A stretch of 64,000 nt of DNA from positions 448,001 to 512,000 of the forward strand of contig CAXNJO010000003.1 of assembly GCA_964202905.1 (NCBI GenBank), read 5' to 3'. The stretch's first letter is position 1. Each line of letters opens with the position of its first letter. Below the pieces are notes generated by a model. That model saw only the letters and a program-made list of their open reading frames with translations. It was not told the DNA's origin and made no database searches. Positions 49,680 to 57,257 of the stretch are shown piece after piece. Position numbers and translations under genes: made by a program. This DNA comes from Polyangiales bacterium (GTDB lineage Bacteria; Myxococcota_A; Polyangia; Polyangiales; JADJQN01).

Positions 49680-50672
49680 GTGACGCGACGCACCGGCCGC
49701 TCCTTCGCGCTGCTCTCCGTCTGCGTTCTGCTCGCGGGCGGCTGTGCCGTCGCCCGCGGAGGGCTGTTCGGCGCGGCGGCGCCCGACGCAGGCCAGCGCG
49801 ACGCCGGCGACGCCACCGACCTCGGCACCGAAGACGCCGGCGACGCGACCGACCTCGGCAACGCAGACGCCGGCGACGCCACCGACCTCGGCAACGCAGA
49901 CGCCGGCGACGCGACCGACCTCGGAACACCCGACCTCGGAACACCGCTCTGCGACCCCGAGCTCTGCCCCGGGCGCGTCTGCGTCGCGGGCGCATGCGGC
50001 TTCGCGACGAGCTGCGCCGCGCTGCTCGCGGCCGTCCCGCGGCTGCCGGACGGCGCCTACACCCTCGACGGAGATGGTCCCGGCGAACTACTCCCCGCAG
50101 ACGCCTGGTGCGACATGAGCACCAACGGCGGCGGCTGGACGCTCGTGCTGAAGGCCGATGGCGCCCTCGCGACGTTCTCGTACGACGCGGCCGCGTGGAC
50201 GGACGACACCGAGTTCGGTGACGCCGCGATCGACGGCATCGAAGCGAAGCTCCGCAGCTACCGGACGGTCGCCTTCACCGCGCTGCGTCTCGTGCTCGTG
50301 ACGGGCGCGGAGCGACGCGCCGTCGAGCCGATCGTCGACGGCGCCAGTGCGCGCGCGCTCTTCGCGGGCCCCACGCGCGACACGGGCCTCTCGCGCGACA
50401 CATGGCTCAGCCTCGTGCCCGGCAGCGCGCTGCAGGACGACTGCAACGACGAGGGCATCAACGTCGTTCCCGCCGCCGGCTTCGCCCGTGTGCGGATCGG
50501 CATCGTCGCGAACAACGAGCGCAACTGCTACACGCCCGACTCGCGGGTCGGCCTCGGCGGCGCGGGCGGCGCCGACCCGCTCACCGTCGGCAACGTGAAC
50601 CCCGACGTCGGGTGGACGTGGGGCGACGAATCGCGCCGCAGCGCGTCGTTCGCCTACCTGTTCGTGCGCTGA
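49680..50672 (+). CDS. Lipoprotein with fibrinogen-like (xCDxxxxGGGWT) domain
   Basis: LAGGC lipobox, DAGDATDLG linker repeats, SCAAL..DGAY..WCDMSTNGGGWTLV. Confidence 0.8.
   Translation: MTRRTGRSFALLSVCVLLAGGCAVARGGLFGAAAPDAGQRDAGDATDLGTEDAGDATDLGNADAGDATDLGNADAGDATDLGTPDLGTPLCDPELCPGRVCVAGACGFATSCAALLAAVPRLPDGAYTLDGDGPGELLPADAWCDMSTNGGGWTLVLKADGALATFSYDAAAWTDDTEFGDAAIDGIEAKLRSYRTVAFTALRLVLVTGAERRAVEPIVDGASARALFAGPTRDTGLSRDTWLSLVPGSALQDDCNDEGINVVPAAGFARVRIGIVANNERNCYTPDSRVGLGGAGGADPLTVGNVNPDVGWTWGDESRRSASFAYLFVR
49800..49931 (+). repeat. Coding 33-bp tandem repeat x4 (DAGDATDLGxx)
   Basis: GACGCCGGCGACGCSACCGACCTCGG repeated four times. Confidence 0.9.
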
Positions 50673-50750
50673 CGCCGCGCGGAACGGGCCGTGATGTTCC
50701 GCGCCGCGGCACCTTGACACCCCCGACGCGCCCCGTACAAAGCGCGCCGC

Positions 50751-52466
50751 ATGGCCCCCTCCGACGCGCCGCTCACGCTCGTCTCCGCGATGTCGAGGCT
50801 CCGCCGCGGGCCGGGTCGCGGCTTCCGCTTCGTCACGACGAAGGGCGAGGAGCGCTTCTACGCGTACGAGGCGCTCGAGGCCGAGGCGCACCGCCGCGCC
50901 GCGCACCTCGCGTCGCTCGGCCTCGCGAAGGGCGACCGACTCGCGATCGTCGTCGCCGAGGGCGACGAGTTCGTGCTCTCGTTCCTCGGCGCCTGCGTCG
51001 CGGGCGTCGTGCCCGTCCCCATCTATCCGCGCGCGACCTTCAAGGGCATCGAGGGCTACGCCGACACGGTCGCGCACATCGCGCGCGCCTCGGGCGCCCG
51101 CGTCCTGCTCACGATGGAGGCGACGCGGCCCTACGTGGAGCCGGCGCTCGCGAAGGACTGCGGGCTCGAGCGCGTCGTGCTCACCGAGCAGGTCTTCGCG
51201 GGTGAGGCGCCGGCCTTCACGCCGCCCGCGATCACACCGGAAGACCTCTGCTTCCTCCAGTTCACCTCGGGCTCGACCAGCCAGCCCAAGGGCGTGGTCG
51301 TCACGCACGCGAACCTCGTCGCGAACGCCACGGCCTTCCTCGGGCCCGCGGGACTCGACCGCAACGACGACGACCTCGGCGTCTCGTGGCTGCCGCTCTT
51401 CCACGACATGGGGCTCATCGGCTTCGTGCTCGGCACGCTCGTCTGCGACATCCCCGTCGTGTTGCTGCCGACCTCGACCTTCGCCCGCGGTCCGCGCATC
51501 TGGCTCGAGACCATCCACAAGCACCGCGGCACCATCACCTACGCCCCGAACTTCGCGTACGCGCTCGCGGTCAAGCGGCTCAAGGACCGCGACCTCAAGG
51601 ACCTCGACCTCTCGTGCCTGCGCATCGCGGGCTGCGGCGCCGAGCCGATCCACGCGCAGACCATGCGGGACTTCGCCGAGCGCCTCGCGCCCGCGGGCTT
51701 CGACGCGCGCGCCCTGCTGCCGAGCTACGGCATGGCCGAGGCGACGCTCGCGATCACCTTCCATCCGCGCGGCACGCCGCTCCTCACCGACACCGTCGAT
51801 CCCGAGGCGATGAAGCGCGGCGAGGCGCGCCCCGTCCCGCCCGGCACGCCCGGCGCGCTCGAGCTCGTCGCGTGCGGCGTGCCCTTCCCCGAGCACGGTC
51901 TGCGCATCGTCGACACCGAGACGGGCGAGCCCCTCGGCGAGCGCCGCGTGGGCCAGATCGTCAACATCGGACCGTCGGTCACGGGCGCCTATTTCCAGAA
52001 CCCCGAGGCCACCGCGCTCGGCTGGAAGGACGGCTGGCTCCAGACGGGCGACCTCGGCTACGTCGCCGACGGCGCGCTCTACATCTGCGGTCGCCTCAAG
52101 GACCTCATCATCATCCACGGCGCGAACTACTACCCACAGGACATCGAGTGGGCCGTGCAGGACATCGAGGGCGTGCGCCGCGGGAACGTCGTCGCCTTCA
52201 GCGTGCTGCGCGACGGCGTCGAGCAGCTCGTCGTCGCGGCGGAGGCCAACTCGGGCGACCTGGAGCGCCTGAAAAAAGCCATCCCCGAGCGCGTCTACGA
52301 AGCCGCCGGCCTCGCGACCTCGCACGTCGCGATCGTCGGTGTCGGTACGCTGCCGAAGACCTCGAGCGGCAAGGCGCAGCGCCTGAAGACGAAGCGCCTC
52401 TACGAGGACGGCCTGCTCGCCGAGCACGGCAGCGGGCGTGTGGCCGAGGGCGGCGAGGCCGACTGA
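50751..52466 (+). CDS. Fatty acyl-AMP ligase (FAAL)
   Basis: FLQFTSGSTSQPKGV, SWLPLFHDMGLIG, PNFAY, SYGMAEATL, TGDLG, GRLKDLII, PKTSSGK. Confidence 0.93.
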   Translation: MAPSDAPLTLVSAMSRLRRGPGRGFRFVTTKGEERFYAYEALEAEAHRRAAHLASLGLAKGDRLAIVVAEGDEFVLSFLGACVAGVVPVPIYPRATFKGIEGYADTVAHIARASGARVLLTMEATRPYVEPALAKDCGLERVVLTEQVFAGEAPAFTPPAITPEDLCFLQFTSGSTSQPKGVVVTHANLVANATAFLGPAGLDRNDDDLGVSWLPLFHDMGLIGFVLGTLVCDIPVVLLPTSTFARGPRIWLETIHKHRGTITYAPNFAYALAVKRLKDRDLKDLDLSCLRIAGCGAEPIHAQTMRDFAERLAPAGFDARALLPSYGMAEATLAITFHPRGTPLLTDTVDPEAMKRGEARPVPPGTPGALELVACGVPFPEHGLRIVDTETGEPLGERRVGQIVNIGPSVTGAYFQNPEATALGWKDGWLQTGDLGYVADGALYICGRLKDLIIIHGANYYPQDIEWAVQDIEGVRRGNVVAFSVLRDGVEQLVVAAEANSGDLERLKKAIPERVYEAAGLATSHVAIVGVGTLPKTSSGKAQRLKTKRLYEDGLLAEHGSGRVAEGGEAD

Positions 52467-52586
52467 TCGGGCGGGCCGCGCGCCGCGGTCCGGGCGTGCT
52501 TTCAAGCGGCGGGCGGTTATGCTCGGCCGCGCTGCGCGACCACCCGGACGCGCGGAGATGTCCGCGAAAATCAGGGAGACGAGAAG

Positions 52587-52835
52587 ATGGACCGCCCCGA
52601 GCTACTCAAGACGTTCCAGCGCATGGCGACCGAGATCGCCGAGAAGGACTTCGGCCACGTCACCGAAGAGCACGTGATCGCGGACCTCGGCATCGACTCC
52701 CTCGGCATGCTCGAGCTCGTCGGCTCGATGGAGCGCGAGCTGAAGATCGCGGTCCCCGACGAGCAGCTCGTCGGCATCCAGACCGTCCGTCAGCTCCTCG
52801 ACCTCGTCGAGAAGCGCACGCGCGCATCGGCCTGA
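52587..52835 (+). CDS. Acyl carrier protein
   Basis: 82 aa, acidic, DLGIDSL phosphopantetheine site. Confidence 0.92.
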   Translation: MDRPELLKTFQRMATEIAEKDFGHVTEEHVIADLGIDSLGMLELVGSMERELKIAVPDEQLVGIQTVRQLLDLVEKRTRASA

Positions 52836-52856
52836 GCACTGCAGCGAGGGGGTCCC

Positions 52857-53675
52857 ATGGCGTCCGACCAGTTCCACGAGAAGCTCTACAAGAACTTCAC
52901 GACCTTCTTCGACAAGGCGGAGCAGGAGCGCCGCTGGAACCCGTACCGCGACGTCCCCTGGGATCGCATCAACCCCGAGACGCCCGCCTTCGTCGCCACC
53001 TGCGCGGAGACCTTCCTCGGCGTCGAGAGCTTCCTGCCCGACTACATCCGCAAGGGCCTCGAGGTCGTGCGGGCGTCGTCGTGGGCGCAGCGCTCGTTCG
53101 CGGCGAACTGGGGCTACGAGGAGCTCAAGCACTCGGTCGCGCTGATGGAGTACCTCCTCCGCTCGGGCAAGCGCACGCAAGAGCAGATGTTCGACTTCCA
53201 GGCGAAGCTGATGACCGAAGAGTGGCGCCGCCCCTTCGACACCGCGCGCCAGATGACCATCTACGGCAGCTTCCAGGAGATGGCGACCTTCGTCATCTAC
53301 CTGCGCCACGAGGCGCTCGCCAAGCAGTACAACGACGACGCGCTCGCGGCTGTGTACCGCTTCAACGCGCGTGACGAGATCGCCCACGCGCGCTTCTACG
53401 AGGACATCGTGAAGGTCTATCTCGAGGAGGACCGCGAGGGCACGCTCCGCGACATCGCGCACGTCGCGAAGAACTTCGAGATGCCCGGCATCGGCATCGT
53501 CCCGGACTACGACGCCCGCATCGAGCTGATGCGCGAGCACGGCCACGTCGACCGCGACATCTTCCTTCAAAAGGTCTATTTCCCCGTCCTCAAGTACCTC
53601 GGCGTGACCCGCCAGGAGCTCGTCGAGGTCGCGCGCCGCGAGCGCGACGAGCGCCGCGCGTCCGCCGCGCAGTGA
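52857..53675 (+). CDS. Soluble ferritin-like diiron enzyme, acyl-ACP desaturase family
   Basis: GVES, WGYEELKH, QEMAT, RDEIAH diiron ligands; FEMPG. Confidence 0.85.
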   Translation: MASDQFHEKLYKNFTTFFDKAEQERRWNPYRDVPWDRINPETPAFVATCAETFLGVESFLPDYIRKGLEVVRASSWAQRSFAANWGYEELKHSVALMEYLLRSGKRTQEQMFDFQAKLMTEEWRRPFDTARQMTIYGSFQEMATFVIYLRHEALAKQYNDDALAAVYRFNARDEIAHARFYEDIVKVYLEEDREGTLRDIAHVAKNFEMPGIGIVPDYDARIELMREHGHVDRDIFLQKVYFPVLKYLGVTRQELVEVARRERDERRASAAQ

Positions 53676-53697
53676 TCCCCCCGATCGGAGCACGAGC

Positions 53698-53940
53698 ATG
53701 AGCGCCGAATTGAAAGAGAGCCTCCGCCGCATCGTCGCCGACGTGAGCGAGGTCGACGAGATCCCCGACGACACCGACTTCCGCGAGCTCGGCATCGACT
53801 CGATGATGGGCATCGAGATCGTCGCGGAGATCGAGCGTACGTACAAGATCTCCGTCCCGGAGAGCGAGCTGAAGAACATGACCTCGCTCACCCGCGTGTA
53901 CGAGCTCGTGCAGACGCACCTCGCGGCCGCGGCGGGCTGA
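53698..53940 (+). CDS. Acyl carrier protein (second)
   Basis: 80 aa, ELGIDSM. Confidence 0.92.
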   Translation: MSAELKESLRRIVADVSEVDEIPDDTDFRELGIDSMMGIEIVAEIERTYKISVPESELKNMTSLTRVYELVQTHLAAAAG

Positions 53941-53947
53941 GCCCGCG

Positions 53948-54373
53948 GTGCTCGGCACGCGCGACGGTCGCCCGGCGTACACGCACGCGGTCCGCGTCGC
54001 CTACGTCGACACCGACGCCGCCGGCGTGGTGCACCACTCGCAGTACTTCCGCTATCTCGAGCAGGGCCGCGTCGAGCTGATGCGCGCGGTGGGCGTCGAT
54101 TACCTCACGTTCGAGCGCACGCGCGGCCTCGCGTTGCCCGTCGTCGAGGCCCGCCTCCGCTACCGCGCGCCCGCGCGCTTCGACGATCTGCTCGCGCTCG
54201 AGACCTGGCTCACCGAGGGCTCCCGCGCGAAGCTCGTGTTCGCGAGCGTGCTGCGCCGTGCAGCCGACGACGCCGTGCTCCACGAGGCGAGCGTCACCCT
54301 CGCGTGCGTGACGATGCCGGCCGGCACGATCTGCAGCGTGCCGACGGACCTGCGCGAGCGGCTCGGCGCCTGA
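53948..54373 (+). CDS. Hotdog-fold acyl-CoA/ACP thioesterase (YbgC/FadM family)
   Basis: DTDAAGVVHHSQYFRYLEQGR, YRAPARFDD. Confidence 0.9.
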   Translation: MLGTRDGRPAYTHAVRVAYVDTDAAGVVHHSQYFRYLEQGRVELMRAVGVDYLTFERTRGLALPVVEARLRYRAPARFDDLLALETWLTEGSRAKLVFASVLRRAADDAVLHEASVTLACVTMPAGTICSVPTDLRERLGA

Positions 54374-54407
54374 ATCTCGCGCAGGCATTCGCGGTACGGT
54401 CGCGCGC

Positions 54408-54947
54408 ATGCATCCCCCCTCGACCCCCGACGCGCCGCAACCCGCGCCGACGCAGCAGCCCCCCACCCGGACGAACCGCAAGCTCTGGATCGTCGTCGGC
54501 GCCCTCGCGGTGTGTGGGATCCTGGTGATCCCGTGCCTTGGGATCACCGCGGCGGTCGCGATCCCGGCCTTCGTCGGGTACGGGCGGCGGAGCAAGACCG
54601 CCGAGGCCCACGCGAACCTCGCCGCGCTCGCGTCGGCCGAGCGCGCGTACTGCGAGGAGCACGGCGCCTACCTCGCCCCCGCCGGCCCCGTCCCGCCGAG
54701 CCCCGGCGCGCTCCGCGTTCTCGGTGACTTCGCCGGCGATCCGACCTTCGCCGAGCTCGGGTTCTCGCCGCCCGAGCCCGTCTACTTCCGCTACGCGATC
54801 GAGCGCGATGCGCGCGATCCGCAGGCGATCCGGCTGGTCGCGCAAGGCGACCTCGACGGTGACGGCAACCTCAGCACCTTCGCCCGGCGCTGCGGCCCCG
54901 CCTGCACATGCGCGGAAGCCGCCGAGGTCAGCGACGAAACCGAGTGA
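54408..54947 (+). CDS. Type IV pilin-like membrane protein
   Basis: GITAAVAIPAFVGYGRRSKTAEAHANL alpha-1 helix, ELGF, AQGDLDGDG; no prepilin cleavage motif. Confidence 0.75.
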   Translation: MHPPSTPDAPQPAPTQQPPTRTNRKLWIVVGALAVCGILVIPCLGITAAVAIPAFVGYGRRSKTAEAHANLAALASAERAYCEEHGAYLAPAGPVPPSPGALRVLGDFAGDPTFAELGFSPPEPVYFRYAIERDARDPQAIRLVAQGDLDGDGNLSTFARRCGPACTCAEAAEVSDETE

Positions 54948-55002
54948 TCGCGCCGCGCGCGCCTGCGGCCGTGCCCGACGGCGCCCACGGCGACGCCACG
55001 GA

Positions 55003-55899
55003 TCAGAGGCAGTCGACGACGGTCGAGCTGATGTGGTCGGCGGCGATGCGCACGTCCGTCGTCTCCGCGGCGCTCCCCGCCCAGGCAAAACCGGTCGCCG
55101 CGCAGGTGAGCGTCGGGTGCGCGAAGCCCACGACGTAATCGCCGGGCGCGACGTTCGCGAACACCGCGGCCCCCGAGGTCGTCGTCGACGAGAGCCCCAT
55201 CGAGGGCACGCCCGTGGCGCTCGCGTAGAACGGCCCGGAGCCGCTCGTCGGCGTGAGCGTGACGACGACGCCCGCGGTCGCGCCCGTCTGCACGAAGATC
55301 TGGCCCTTCGTCGCGTCGATCGTCTGGCCGATCGCGAAGCCGAGCAGCGACACCGTGGAGCGCTTGGCGAGCAGGTAGTTGAACGAGACGTTCGTCGTGC
55401 CGCTCGTGACCGTCGCGAGCGCCGGCGTGTACATCGGGGCCGTGATCTCGACGAGCATGCGCGTGTTCTCCGGGATGCCCGTCGCGGTGAACGAGCCGTC
55501 CGCGGCGCTCGGGACGCATGGGCCGCCCGCGGGCTCGATCACGCAGATCGTCGCGCCCGCGACGAGCTCGCCCATGCCGCTCACCGGCTGCTCACGGAGG
55601 ACGCCGGTGATCGTGAGGCTGCCCGCCGGGAAGGCCGCATCGACCGCAGGCCCGGCGTCGGAGGCCGCGCCGAGATCCTCGGGCGCCGGGCCGAGATCGG
55701 CCTCGACGCCGCCGTCCGCATCGCCGCCGAGATCGGGCGCGCCGAGGTCCCCGCCGCCGAGATCCCCCGTCACGCCGAGATCGACCGCGGGCGCATCGTC
55801 GTCGTCGCCGCAGCCGACCAGCGCGAACGCGCCGGCGACGAGCAAAATCGGGAGGAGACGGGAGCGGGGCGTGGCGGGCGCGGAAACGAGAAGCGTCAT
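55003..55899 (-). CDS. Hypothetical lipoprotein with carboxypeptidase-regulatory-like beta-sandwich
   Basis: LVGC lipobox, DLG-rich linker, GATICV..ADGSFT, FANVAPGDY. Confidence 0.7.
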   Translation of the reverse strand: MTLLVSAPATPRSRLLPILLVAGAFALVGCGDDDDAPAVDLGVTGDLGGGDLGAPDLGGDADGGVEADLGPAPEDLGAASDAGPAVDAAFPAGSLTITGVLREQPVSGMGELVAGATICVIEPAGGPCVPSAADGSFTATGIPENTRMLVEITAPMYTPALATVTSGTTNVSFNYLLAKRSTVSLLGFAIGQTIDATKGQIFVQTGATAGVVVTLTPTSGSGPFYASATGVPSMGLSSTTTSGAAVFANVAPGDYVVGFAHPTLTCAATGFAWAGSAAETTDVRIAADHISSTVVDCL

Positions 55900-56007
55900 G
55901 GCGGTGATTTGCTCTTGAAAAAGAGGGCCGACGGTAGCGGCTCGGCGCGCGCGCGTCCACCGGGGGACGGCAGCGTGCGCCCCGTCGCGGAGACCGGACC
56001 GCGGCGA

Positions 56008-56460
56008 TCAGCGCGGCTCGACGTGGACCTCGGTCTTCACGCTCGACGCGATGAAGCAGCCGCGGTGCGCGGACTCGTGGAGCACCTGCGCCTCGGCGAC
56101 GTCGGGGCGACGGTCGCCCCCGAACGTCACGCGTGGCCGCAGCACAACGCGCGTGACGGCGTGGCGCCCGTCGCCTCCCTTCTCGAGATGGCCGATGGCC
56201 TCGTCGTCGTAGGCGTCGACGACGAAGCCCTTGCGGGCCGCGACCGCCAGGAAGGTGAGCATGTGGCAGCTCGCGAGGGCCGCGACGAGCAAGTCCTCGG
56301 GGTTGGGGAGCGCCGCGTCGCCGTGATACTGGGGTGCGGCCGAGGCCGCGAGCGGCGTGCGCGCCGGCCCGAGGGTGAGCGCGTGCGCGCGCACATACGT
56401 GGGGTAGGCGAAATCCGGCGTCGTTCGGGACCAGGAGACGCTGGCGGTGTGCTCGCTCAT
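56008..56460 (-). CDS. OsmC family protein
   Basis: NPEDLLVAALASCHMLTFL, HESAHRGCFIASSV. Confidence 0.92.
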   Translation of the reverse strand: MSEHTASVSWSRTTPDFAYPTYVRAHALTLGPARTPLAASAAPQYHGDAALPNPEDLLVAALASCHMLTFLAVAARKGFVVDAYDDEAIGHLEKGGDGRHAVTRVVLRPRVTFGGDRRPDVAEAQVLHESAHRGCFIASSVKTEVHVEPR

Positions 56461-56678
56461 GTCGGGGGCTCCAGAGAATGAATGGCGGTTCAGTGGCCCT
56501 CCGCGCACGAGGCGTCAACCGGAACGCGCGCTCGTACGTCGGAGGCTCCACGCCCTCGCCCCTGCGCCGCTCCGCCGTGCGACGACGCCCCGCCACGTTC
56601 TCCGCGAGGCCGAGGCGCTCGCCCCGCTTTCCCTCGATTTTTCCGGTCACGAACCCGGCCGACCCGGCCACATGGGAG

Positions 56679-57257
56679 ATGATGATGGCCCTCGAAGCGA
56701 CCCCCACCCCCCTCGCGCCGCCCGACCCGATCGGTGCGCTCGTGCGCGCCGGCGCCTACCGCGAGGCCGTCTCGCTCTGCGCGCGCGAGCACGGCCCCGC
56801 GCTCGGCCGCCTCTGCCTCGCGATGCTCGGCTCGCAGGCCGAGGCCGACGAGACCGTGCAGGAGTCGCTCATCGCCGCGCACGACGCGATGGCCGGGTGG
56901 CGCGGCGAGGCGAGCGTGCGCGCTTGGCTCTTCGGCATCGCGCGGCGGATGTGCGCGCGGCGCCTCGAGCTGCGCGGCCGGCAGGAGCGGCGGCTGCGGC
57001 TCGTCCACGACGCGGGCGCCGAGACGCACCTGCCCGACGAGCTCGTCGCGACGCGGCGGCGCGCTGCGCGGGTGCGTGAGGCGCTCGAGGCGCTCCGGCC
57101 GACGGAGCGCGACGCGGTGCTGCTCCGCTACGAAGCGGGGCTGAGTTTCCGGGAGATCGCCGCGGTGTGCGGCATCGACGAGGCCGCGGCGCGCAAGCGC
57201 GCGAGCCGGGCGCTCGAGAGTCTGCGGTCGCTCCTTGCCGACGAGGGATCACGATGA
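56679..57257 (+). CDS. ECF sigma-70 factor
   Basis: AEADETVQE, WRGEASVRAWLFGIA, LRYEAGLSFREIA..AARKRASRA; ATGA overlap with next gene. Confidence 0.9.
   Translation: MMMALEATPTPLAPPDPIGALVRAGAYREAVSLCAREHGPALGRLCLAMLGSQAEADETVQESLIAAHDAMAGWRGEASVRAWLFGIARRMCARRLELRGRQERRLRLVHDAGAETHLPDELVATRRRAARVREALEALRPTERDAVLLRYEAGLSFREIAAVCGIDEAAARKRASRALESLRSLLADEGSR

Noticed and set aside
56515..56678. Putative ECF autoregulatory promoter (GGAAC..CGTC at 56521 or GTCAC..ACAT at 56646)
   Set aside because: Spacing is non-canonical and cannot be supported without comparative data
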